Below, piece after piece: positions 41,157 to 48,956 of a stretch of DNA of 64,000 bases; the first letter of the stretch is position 1, and the number at the start of each line of letters is the position of its first letter. Origin of the DNA: Bacteroidota bacterium. GTDB lineage: Bacteria; Bacteroidota; Bacteroidia; Chitinophagales; Chitinophagaceae. Under the pieces are notes generated by a model, which saw only the letters and a list, made by a program, of their open reading frames with translations, was not told the DNA's origin and did no database searches. Location: contig JBDLUU010000081.1 of the NCBI GenBank assembly GCA_039805185.1, positions 11,766 through 75,765 of the forward strand, in the 5' to 3' direction. The position numbers and the translations under genes were made by a program.

Positions 41157-41164
41157 CAAAGGTA
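41157..41164 (-). promoter_or_regulatory. Primary-sigma -7 box for the DEAD-box gene
   Basis: TACCTTTG on minus strand, 17 nt before ATG 41139. Confidence 0.5.
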
Positions 41165-41190
41165 CTCTATATATGGGGCTTTGCGGTGTT

Positions 41191-42030
41191 TTACTTAAGT
41201 ATTCTCCTTATTCCATTGGCATTTTCAATCAATTCCTTTAAATAATCGTAGTTCTCTTTTTCCAGGCAAGACTTGAATTTCCTTAGCTGACTGATATGCT
41301 CATTCAGCACATCCAGCACATTGTCTCTGTTTTGCATGAAAATGGGCACCCACATATCAGCATTACTTTTCGCCAACCTTACCGTGCTTTCGAATCCGCC
41401 ACTCGCCAGCTCAAAAATGGTATCTTCCTCTCTTTCCTTTTCTAATACCGTATTAGCCAGTGCAAAAGAAGTGATGTGTGAAATATGGCTGATATAGGCA
41501 ACGTGCATATCATGCGCACCCGATTCCATATACACCAGATGCATCTGGAGTAAACCATAGATCTCCCGGACCATCCTCAGTGCATCATCATCAGAATCTT
41601 CTGCATTACATATTACCGTTGCTTTCTGAACAAATGCATTGGTTTCGGCTGCATCGGGTCCGCTGTTTTCGGTACCCCACATGGGGTGGGTTGCCACGAA
41701 CCGTCCTCTTTTAGGGTGCCGGGCTACGAGCTGGCATAATACCGACTTGGTTGACCCCACATCAATTACCACTTGCTCTTTTACCATATCAAGTACCTGG
41801 GGTAATAATTTTTCTATTGCATTGATAGGTGTTGCCAGAATAATCAGGTTAGCAGCTGCAACAGCTTCTTCCAGAGGCAGACAACGATCTGCGAGCCCAA
41901 GCTCTACCGCTCTGGCAGCGTGTACCGGATTGGATTCAACTCCAATCACTCTGGAAGCAAATCCCTTCGCCTTCAATACCAGCGACATGGATCCCCCGAT
42001 TAACCCTAACCCTATAATAGCTACAACCAT
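41191..42030 (-). CDS. tyrA: Prephenate dehydrogenase
   Basis: GLGLIGGS, DVGSTK, THPMWGTE, HDMHVAYISH. Confidence 0.93.
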   Translation of the reverse strand: MVVAIIGLGLIGGSMSLVLKAKGFASRVIGVESNPVHAARAVELGLADRCLPLEEAVAAANLIILATPINAIEKLLPQVLDMVKEQVVIDVGSTKSVLCQLVARHPKRGRFVATHPMWGTENSGPDAAETNAFVQKATVICNAEDSDDDALRMVREIYGLLQMHLVYMESGAHDMHVAYISHISHITSFALANTVLEKEREEDTIFELASGGFESTVRLAKSNADMWVPIFMQNRDNVLDVLNEHISQLRKFKSCLEKENYDYLKELIENANGIRRILK

Positions 42031-42033
42031 TGT

Positions 42034-43191
42034 TTATATATTATTGATTCTTTGAATTGCCTGATCAAACTTTTCGATTGATCCACACAAGCTTACCCGA
42101 ACAAAACGATTTCCTGCTGATCCGAATATTCCACCCGGAGTAATGAATACTCCTTTATTATAAAGCACTTTATCACTTAATTCATATCCGTCTTTCATTT
42201 CTTCAGGGATGCTGGCCCAGACAAACATTCCAGCCTGATCTTTACTGTAAGAACAAGCTAAATGATCCAGTAATTCAAAAACCTTTTTTCTTCTTTCTGC
42301 ATATATAGCATTGATTTCATCATACCATTCTTTACCCAGCGCCAATGCAGTTGCAGCTGCATATTGAACCGGAAGAAACATACCACTATCCATATTGCTT
42401 TTGAAAGTGAGCACTTCATTGATCCTTTCCGCTGCACCACATAACATACCAACTCTCCATCCCGCCATATTCTGGCTCTTGCTTAATGAATTCAACTCAA
42501 GAGCCGTTTCCATAGCACCGGGAACCTGTAAAATGCTGAGGGGCTGATCATTCAGGATAAAACTGTAAGGATTATCGTGACAAATCAGAATTTGATTTCG
42601 TTTTCCAAACGCAATGATTTCCTCAAATAGTTGATTTGTCGCTTGTTGACCAGTTGGCATATGCGGATAATTCACCCACATGATTTTGACCTTGCTTAAA
42701 TTCCTTTTTTCCAGTTCGGTAAAATCCGGAGCCCAATCATTGTTTTCTTTCAACTCGTAATACACAGGCGTTGCACCTGATAATTTAACTGCACTGGTAT
42801 ACGTAGGGTATCCAGGATTTGGCACAAGTGCTTCATCTCCTTCTCCCAGGTAAGTCATGCAGATATGCATGATTCCTTCTTTACTACCCAACAAGGGAAG
42901 TACTTCTGTATCCGGATTCAATACTACATTGTACCAGCTGCTGTACCAATTGGATATGGCATTTCTTAAAACGGGCAAACCTTTATAAGACTGATAGGCA
43001 TGTGAATCGGGCAACTGTGCTTTTAATTGCAAAGCTTCAATCACACTGGGATGCGGAGGCAAATCAGGACTCCCTATTCCCAGGTTAATAATATTTTTAC
43101 CTGCTTTATTCAACTGATCAATTTCTCTCAGTTTCTGAGAAAAATAATACTCGCCAATACCATTCAATCTTTTTGCAACTGTTCCTTTCAT
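42034..43191 (-). CDS. Class I/II PLP aminotransferase (aromatic-pathway associated)
   Basis: LGIGSPD, GSKEG, NYPHMPTG, DNPY, SLSKSQNMAGWRVG. Confidence 0.9.
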   Translation of the reverse strand: MKGTVAKRLNGIGEYYFSQKLREIDQLNKAGKNIINLGIGSPDLPPHPSVIEALQLKAQLPDSHAYQSYKGLPVLRNAISNWYSSWYNVVLNPDTEVLPLLGSKEGIMHICMTYLGEGDEALVPNPGYPTYTSAVKLSGATPVYYELKENNDWAPDFTELEKRNLSKVKIMWVNYPHMPTGQQATNQLFEEIIAFGKRNQILICHDNPYSFILNDQPLSILQVPGAMETALELNSLSKSQNMAGWRVGMLCGAAERINEVLTFKSNMDSGMFLPVQYAAATALALGKEWYDEINAIYAERRKKVFELLDHLACSYSKDQAGMFVWASIPEEMKDGYELSDKVLYNKGVFITPGGIFGSAGNRFVRVSLCGSIEKFDQAIQRINNI

Positions 43192-43204
43192 GATAGGGTT
43201 CCCT

Positions 43205-44113
43205 TTATCCTTTAATTAATTTACCTTTCTTGTATATGCCAAACACTTTTACGTTATTGGTATATTCCTTTATCTTCTGCAACATTTTTTCAAATTGTTT
43301 AATTTGATCAAACTCCATATCGGCATAAAAACCATATTTAAAATGGCTGCCTGGGATAGGCATACTTTGCAGCTTACTCAGGTTGATACCCGTAGAAGCT
43401 ACCTGTGACAAAACCTTAGACAATACTCCCCTTGTATGATTGGTCTGAAAATAAATAGAGGCTTTATTGGCATCATTAACCGGTAGCGCCTCCTTGGTTC
43501 TTTTCAAAATCAGGAATCGGGTAATATTGTTTTTTTGTGTTTGAATATCAGGTACCAGAATCTGAAGATCATTAATTTCTGCAGCCAGCTTACTGGCAAT
43601 GGCAGCCAAATGTTTACAATGATGTTGTTTAACATATTGGGCACTTAATGCGGTATCTTCTGTTTCAATCAATTTGAATGAATGCTGTTCCAGAAAATCC
43701 AGACACTGTAATAAAGCCATGGGATGACTGTGGACTTCTTTGATATCCGACAACTGTACGCCTTTATTGGCCAGCAAATTCTGACTGATAGACAAATACA
43801 CTTCTCCTACAATGGTCAGGTTTGCTTTCTGCAAAAGGGAGTAATTAGGCAGTATACTTCCCGCAATTGAATTCTCAATAGCCATAACAGCAGCATCAGA
43901 AACCTTACTATCCAATGCCATTTTAACCAGTTCTCTAAAAGAGGCACAGGGAATAACTGAAACCTTTTTACCAAAAAACTTCCTTGCCGCTACCTGATGA
44001 AAACTTCCCTCGTATCCCTGAATACATATCCCTATAGGCAAATCAGAAGATGCTATTTTTTTATTGGAAGACGACATTATATCTATGTGTTTTAAAATGA
44101 TTTTGGTTGGCAT
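43205..44113 (-). CDS. pheA: Prephenate dehydratase (start could be 44077)
   Basis: QGYEGSFH, AIENSIAG, HSHPMALLQC, NITRF, ACT domain INLSKLQSMP. Confidence 0.93.
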   Translation of the reverse strand: MPTKIILKHIDIMSSSNKKIASSDLPIGICIQGYEGSFHQVAARKFFGKKVSVIPCASFRELVKMALDSKVSDAAVMAIENSIAGSILPNYSLLQKANLTIVGEVYLSISQNLLANKGVQLSDIKEVHSHPMALLQCLDFLEQHSFKLIETEDTALSAQYVKQHHCKHLAAIASKLAAEINDLQILVPDIQTQKNNITRFLILKRTKEALPVNDANKASIYFQTNHTRGVLSKVLSQVASTGINLSKLQSMPIPGSHFKYGFYADMEFDQIKQFEKMLQKIKEYTNNVKVFGIYKKGKLIKG

Positions 44114-44117
44114 ATTG

Positions 44118-44145
44118 AAAAAAAAATCCCGGCTATTTGCCGGGA
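44118..44145 (-). terminator. Attenuator terminator of the pheA leader
   Basis: mRNA UCCCGGC-aaaua-GCCGGGA followed by U9, ending 4 nt before pheA ATG 44113. Confidence 0.85.
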
Positions 44146-44167
44146 CCTGTATTTTGAGTTTACAACT

Positions 44168-44254
44168 TTACGCGATAACAAAACGGACCCGGCTTCTTTT
44201 TTCAAAGTAGAAATAAAAGAAAAAATAAAACCAGTTGTTAAATGCCGTTTGCAT
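44168..44254 (-). CDS. Phe/Tyr(/Trp)-rich attenuator leader peptide, 28 aa
   Basis: Manual translation MQTAFNNWFYFFFYFYFEKRSRVRFVIA*; codons 8-17 all aromatic. Confidence 0.9.
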   Translation of the reverse strand: MQTAFNNWFYFFFYFYFEKRSRVRFVIA

Positions 44255-44258
44255 GAAT

Positions 44259-44266
44259 CAAATATA
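44259..44266 (-). promoter_or_regulatory. Primary-sigma -7 box of leader/pheA transcript
   Basis: TATATTTG on minus strand 4 nt before leader ATG. Confidence 0.6.
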
Positions 44267-44345
44267 TACATTCAAGTGAATGCAAAAAAAAGATTTTTTA
44301 AAAAAATAAACTACGGTTAGTTAGTTTTTCTACAGATAGACACTT

Positions 44346-44380
44346 AAAAAATAAGCCCCCCCGTGGAAACGGAGCGGCTT
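44346..44380 (-). terminator. Intrinsic terminator for the small lipoprotein transcript
   Basis: AAGCC..CCGT-GGAA-ACGG..GGCTT hairpin with adjacent A-tract (U-tract on minus strand). Confidence 0.6.
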
Positions 44381-44472
44381 CTAACGATTGCTTGCCATAT
44401 GAAATTCTTAGGTCTGTTGTTCCCGATCTGCAAGCCAGATACACAGGACCTCTTCACCAACAGACGATTCAA

Positions 44473-44652
44473 TTACTTCTTTGCAGTTGTGTCTACAGTT
44501 GCAGCAGCAGTGTCTACAGTTGCAGCAGCAGTGTCTACAGTTGCAGCAGCAGTGTCTACAGTTGCAGCAGTTGTGTCAGCAGCAGCTTCTTTGTTTTCTC
44601 CAGCGCAAGATGCGAATACACCTAAAGCCAAAACAAATAATAATTTTTTCAT
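44473..44652 (-). CDS. 59-aa lipoprotein with (TVDTAAA)n repeats
   Basis: MKKLLFVLALGVFASC lipobox (Cys16); mature AGENKEAAADTTAATVDTAAATVDTAAATVDTAAATVDTTAKK. Confidence 0.85.
   Translation of the reverse strand: MKKLLFVLALGVFASCAGENKEAAADTTAATVDTAAATVDTAAATVDTAAATVDTTAKK
44489..44572. repeat. 21-bp tandem repeat GTGTCTACAGTTGCAGCAGCA
   Basis: Three perfect copies (44489, 44510, 44531) plus a 19/21 copy (44552). Confidence 0.95.
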
Positions 44653-44684
44653 TTTTTTTCTTTTTAAGTTTGAATGATTACTGA

Positions 44685-44713
44685 TTAATACGCAGATGAA
44701 TAAAAGGTAACCC
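44685..44713 (-). promoter_or_regulatory. Putative ECF-type promoter GGGTTAC-N14-CGTATTAA toward the lipoprotein gene
   Basis: Identical boxes and spacing to the copy at 44756-44784 on the opposite strand. Confidence 0.7.
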
Positions 44714-44755
44714 GGCAAAATCCTTTTTTTCCAAAAAAATTTTTAGGCCTATTTT

Positions 44756-44784
44756 GGGTTACTTTTAAGTGACAAACGTATTAA
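44756..44784 (+). promoter_or_regulatory. Putative ECF-type autoregulatory promoter GGGTTAC-N14-CGTATTAA toward the sigma gene
   Basis: GGGTTAC 44756-62, 14-nt spacer, CGTATTAA 44777-84. Confidence 0.7.
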
Positions 44785-44795
44785 AGACACAGATA

Positions 44796-45362
44796 GTGAA
44801 AGGAGATACGAACGAACAAGCATTATTAAAGGGTCTGGCTCACAACGATTCAAAGGCTGTAGAAATCATATATAAAGAAAATTTTAATATGATTCAGGCT
44901 TTTATTCTGAATAACAATGGAAGCTATGACGAGGCAAGGGATATTTTTCAGGAAGCAATGATTGCTTTATATGAAAAGTCTCAGACCGATTCTTTTGTTT
45001 TGACTTGTCAGATTAAAACCTATCTCTACTCGGTTTGCCGGAGACTTTGGCTGAAGAGGCTCCAGCAGATGGGAAGATATACCGGATCAATAGATGGATT
45101 TGAAGAAACGGTAGCAGTTGAAGAAGATTTGGAAAACCATGAAAAAAGAAACGCAGAGTTTGCAATCATGGATCGGGCACTGAACAGTTTGGGAGAACCA
45201 TGCAAAAGTTTATTGCAGGGTTATTACCTAAAAAAAATGGACATGAATGCATTAGCTATAGAATTTGGTTACACCAATGCGGATAATGCAAAAAACCAGA
45301 AGTACAAATGCCTGATGCGCTTGAAGAAACTTTTCTTTTCACAATATAATATAGGTGAATAA
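44796..45362 (+). CDS. ECF sigma-70 factor
   Basis: sigma2 ARDIFQEAMIALYE, TYLYSVCRRLW; sigma4 ..NADNAKNQKYKCLMRLKK; GTG 44796 preferred because GTG 44769 lies inside the promoter motif. Confidence 0.92.
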   Translation: MKGDTNEQALLKGLAHNDSKAVEIIYKENFNMIQAFILNNNGSYDEARDIFQEAMIALYEKSQTDSFVLTCQIKTYLYSVCRRLWLKRLQQMGRYTGSIDGFEETVAVEEDLENHEKRNAEFAIMDRALNSLGEPCKSLLQGYYLKKMDMNALAIEFGYTNADNAKNQKYKCLMRLKKLFFSQYNIGE

Positions 45363-45403
45363 TTCTTTAACGAATAACACCCAGACTAAAGAACTGAATA
45401 TTG

Positions 45404-46510
45404 ATGGAAGATATTTTATTACTAGACGCAATTGAAAGATACCTCAGCGGTGAAATGAGTGCTGAAGAGCGCAACTATTTTGAGAATCTGAGAAAGACCA
45501 CACCTGAAATAGATCAGATGGTGGTTGAACACAATATGTTCCTTCACCAGATTGCGGACTATGCTGCCAATATTCAGATTAAGCAAACCTTACATGAAGT
45601 TCACCAGCATCTGCTGGACAGAGGAGACCTGAATGAAGGGGGCGCGTTGACTCCTAAAGGAAAAGTGATTCAATTCTGGAACAAGTATAAAAGAGTTACA
45701 GCGATTGCTGCTTCCGTAGGTGGCGTGATTGCTTTATTTATCAGTGGGCTGGCTATGTATTTTTCTACTTCAGTAAATGATCCTAAACTGGAACAGTTGG
45801 GTAAAGATCTGGAAGTGGTTAAGAAAAACCAGCAGGCTCAGGTGAATATCATTAATGAAGTAACATCCAAAATTCCGAGCAATGCAAGATTATTGAGCGG
45901 AGGCTCGGGCTTCTTGGTAGATCCCAAGGGATACATTGTTACCAATGCCCATATTCTGAAAGGTACAGGAGCCATTGTTGTAAACAGCAAAGGCGCTGAA
46001 TTCAAATCTTCTATTGTATTAATTGACCACGATAAGGATCTGGCCATTTTAAAAATTAACGACGAAGAATATGAGTCGGTAAAAACCATTCCTTACAGTA
46101 TTCAGAAAATCAATTCATCCTTAGGCGAAGAAATATTTACATTAGGTTACCCCAGAAATGAAATCGTTTATGGAATGGGGTATTTAAGCGCTAAAACCGG
46201 ATTTAACGGCGATTCGCTTTCGTACCAGATTCAAATCAGCGCAAACCCTGGCAACTCCGGAGGTCCTGTTTTCAACAAGAACGGAGAAGTAATAGGGGTG
46301 TTAAGCACCAGACAAGCCCAGGCAGATGGGGTTGCTTTCGCCGTAAAATCAAAGAATATTCATTCGATTATAGAAGACCTGAAAAAATCAGATACAGCTT
46401 TCAGAAAAGTTAAACTGCCAGCAAAATCAACACTAAAAGGTGTTGAAAGAAAAACACAGATTACCAAAGTGGAAGATTGTGTATTCTTTGTAAAAGCTTA
46501 TACAAAATAG
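45404..46510 (+). CDS. Membrane-anchored S1 (trypsin-like) serine protease with anti-sigma-like N-terminus
   Basis: IERYLSGEMSAEER N-terminal helices, one TM (IAASVGGVIALFISGLAMYF), triad TNAHI / DLAIL / GNSGGP; no PDZ seen. Confidence 0.85.
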   Translation: MEDILLLDAIERYLSGEMSAEERNYFENLRKTTPEIDQMVVEHNMFLHQIADYAANIQIKQTLHEVHQHLLDRGDLNEGGALTPKGKVIQFWNKYKRVTAIAASVGGVIALFISGLAMYFSTSVNDPKLEQLGKDLEVVKKNQQAQVNIINEVTSKIPSNARLLSGGSGFLVDPKGYIVTNAHILKGTGAIVVNSKGAEFKSSIVLIDHDKDLAILKINDEEYESVKTIPYSIQKINSSLGEEIFTLGYPRNEIVYGMGYLSAKTGFNGDSLSYQIQISANPGNSGGPVFNKNGEVIGVLSTRQAQADGVAFAVKSKNIHSIIEDLKKSDTAFRKVKLPAKSTLKGVERKTQITKVEDCVFFVKAYTK

Positions 46511-46581
46511 TAGGATTTTTATGAATCACCTTCAATAAGTCATAAATAGATTGTATAAATTTTCAGACTGAATTAGGAAAA

Positions 46582-47481
46582 TTACTTCCAAAGAGACGCC
46601 GGATATACTTTAGCATTAACTAAAGCATTGATAGCTGCCTGCACACCGGGAGCATCTTCTTTATAAGTTACCCCAAACCATTGCGCAGAGGTTGGAAGTA
46701 CTTTTAAAACGCCTTTACCCGATTGAATAAATTCATTGGCTGCATATGGTATAAAGAATTCAGACTTTAATTCCTGTCCCTTTGCTTGTAGAAACTCTGT
46801 AAACATATCTTCACACATATCAATAAAGTCGGCTGAGAAACAGAAGTAGTTCATGCTCACGAGACTGTTTCCAGGCAATGGGTGCTTCCCTGTTTCATCC
46901 TCATATACAATCTCTCCATTCTCACGGTAGATTTTTGTTCTTTCATTAATGGCAGTGAGGTTATTGTTGGCATCAGCCGTGCAAACACCGCGACTAACAC
47001 TTCCATTTTCACTTAGTGTTTTCTGCAACTCATACCCTACTAATGCAAAAGTGGATGCATTGCACAGTGAATTTAAAAATTCAACAGCCTTATCAAAAGC
47101 ATCTCTTCCATAATAATCATCCGCGTTAATTACAGCAAAAGGCTCATTTACCTTTCCCTTGCAACAAAGCACCGCATGTGCCGTACCCCAAGGCTTTGCC
47201 CTGTCGGCAGGAATGGGATAGCCTTTGGTATATGCTTCCAGATGCTGGTAAACATAGTCAGTCGCAATTTTCCCTGCCAGTTTGGGTTCAAAAATGGCCT
47301 TGAATTGTTCAGAGAACTCTTCACGAATAATAAATACAACTTTACCGAATCCGGCTTTGATGGCATCATAAATAGAGTAATCCATAATTGTTTCACCATC
47401 CGGACCAAATGATTGTATTTGTTTCATACTTCCGTAGCGACTGGCCATTCCGGCAGCAAGTATAACAAGGGTAGGTTTCAT
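46582..47481 (-). CDS. Sugar-phosphate nucleotidyltransferase (MurU-like candidate)
   Basis: ILAAGMASRYG, PWGTAHAV, INADDYYG, WFGVTY. Confidence 0.85.
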   Translation of the reverse strand: MKPTLVILAAGMASRYGSMKQIQSFGPDGETIMDYSIYDAIKAGFGKVVFIIREEFSEQFKAIFEPKLAGKIATDYVYQHLEAYTKGYPIPADRAKPWGTAHAVLCCKGKVNEPFAVINADDYYGRDAFDKAVEFLNSLCNASTFALVGYELQKTLSENGSVSRGVCTADANNNLTAINERTKIYRENGEIVYEDETGKHPLPGNSLVSMNYFCFSADFIDMCEDMFTEFLQAKGQELKSEFFIPYAANEFIQSGKGVLKVLPTSAQWFGVTYKEDAPGVQAAINALVNAKVYPASLWK

Positions 47482-47538
47482 AGCTTAATTTTACATGCCA
47501 AAGTTAAATCATTTAACATTGCAACAATTCATCATAAT

Positions 47539-48423
47539 TTGATACCTGATATAAATCATATAAGACTGGATAGATGGCCTATACCGAAGGGTAGTTCCAT
47601 CCAATTGTCTGTTTTAAGAACCGACCTGATTCATCCGGTTATCAGTGGCAATAAATGGTTTAAACTGCAATATTATCTGGCGGATGCAATCAATCAGGGA
47701 TTTAAAACGGTTGCCAGTTTTGGAGGAGCTTACTCCAACCATATTGTTGCTTTGGCAGCAGCGGCAAAGCTGAGTGGTCTGAAATCAATTGGAATCATTA
47801 GAGGCAAAGAAGACACTTCGCCTACATTACAGGAGGCCCAACAATGGGATATGAAAATCATTCCTATATCCCGGGAAGCCTACAGAAACAAAAAAAATAT
47901 TATTGGGAGTATTCCTGATCATGAAAATATTTACTGGGTGGATGAAGGAGGTTATGGCGTCCTTGGAGCTAAAGGGGCCTCAGCCATTTTATCCGTAACC
48001 GATTGCAGTAAATTCAGTCATATTCTTTGTGCATGCGGAACAGGCACAATGATAGCCGGACTTATTCTGGGATCCAATGAATGTCAGAAGATTATTGGAA
48101 TAAGTGTTCTAAAAAACAACAGACAACTGGAAGAAAACATAGCGGGATTATTGCCTGAAACCATGCACAATCGCATAGCTTGTATTCATGATTATCATTT
48201 TGGCGGTTATGCCAAACATCCAGTCCAGCTCATTGATTATATGAATGATGCTTATATGCGAACCCAAATCCCTACAGACATTGTGTATACTTCCAAACTA
48301 TTCTATGCCGCAGAAGATTTGATAAAAGTGGGGTATTTCGGGCATAATGCCAACATACTAATCATACATAGCGGCGGATTACAGGGGAACAGAAGCTTAA
48401 CTAAAAACACTCTTTGCTTCTAG
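47539..48423 (+). CDS. D-cysteine desulfhydrase / ACC deaminase family PLP enzyme (start uncertain)
   Basis: SGNKWFKL, FGGAYSNH, ACGTGTMIAG, FGGYAK, HSGGLQG; TTG 47539 chosen to avoid overlap with the divergent gene. Confidence 0.85.
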   Translation: MIPDINHIRLDRWPIPKGSSIQLSVLRTDLIHPVISGNKWFKLQYYLADAINQGFKTVASFGGAYSNHIVALAAAAKLSGLKSIGIIRGKEDTSPTLQEAQQWDMKIIPISREAYRNKKNIIGSIPDHENIYWVDEGGYGVLGAKGASAILSVTDCSKFSHILCACGTGTMIAGLILGSNECQKIIGISVLKNNRQLEENIAGLLPETMHNRIACIHDYHFGGYAKHPVQLIDYMNDAYMRTQIPTDIVYTSKLFYAAEDLIKVGYFGHNANILIIHSGGLQGNRSLTKNTLCF

Positions 48424-48449
48424 ATTCTTCAAATTATATTTGTATTCGT

Positions 48450-48956
48450 ATGAAAGTATTGTTTTGGTTAATCACAACTCTTTGCTGGGGACAAATTGCA
48501 CTGGCGCAAAAAAAAGTCAGATCAAAGAACAATACCAGGAACCATACACAGAAAATTCTTTTGAATAATCAACTCTATAAAGAACTCAGTCAAAAAAATT
48601 ACCAAAAATTCAGAGACTCTGTTTTCAAATTCACAAAAGACAGTTTAAGCCGGATTAATAAAAATACGGTCGCCTATTTCCCCGTTAAATCTGAAACAAC
48701 TAAAGAAAGATGGACGCCTTCTCAATATGTATTTACCAATCATCTGGGGAATCTGTTCATCAACTTAAACAATACCCAACACAAAAGATACAGCCTTCTG
48801 ATTTACAGTGGCATGAAACTATTGATTAACCTAACCAATATTCAGGAAGACAAAATCATTCTGGAGAAAAGTAATTTCTATCATAGCGGATGGTACCAGT
48901 TTGAATTGTATTGCGATGGTATTCTACTGGAAAAAAATAAATTCCTTTTACAGTAA
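48450..48956 (+). CDS. Secreted hypothetical protein
   Basis: Signal-peptide-like MKVLFWLITTLCWGQIALA; beta-rich C-terminus. Confidence 0.6.
   Translation: MKVLFWLITTLCWGQIALAQKKVRSKNNTRNHTQKILLNNQLYKELSQKNYQKFRDSVFKFTKDSLSRINKNTVAYFPVKSETTKERWTPSQYVFTNHLGNLFINLNNTQHKRYSLLIYSGMKLLINLTNIQEDKIILEKSNFYHSGWYQFELYCDGILLEKNKFLLQ

Noticed and set aside
44346-44470. Structured region as a tRNA
   Set aside because: No cloverleaf, T-loop (GTTCRA) or acceptor-stem pattern found
44489-44572. Tandem repeat as a CRISPR array
   Set aside because: Units are contiguous with no spacers, in-frame (21 bp) within a coding sequence, and no cas genes are present
44363-44718. Alternative ORFs over the repeat (44363-44677 +, 44392-44625 +, 44481-44684 +, and the long start at 44718)
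   Set aside because: Shadow frames of the stop-free repeat; only the minus frame from 44652 has a signal peptide, lipobox and matching promoter
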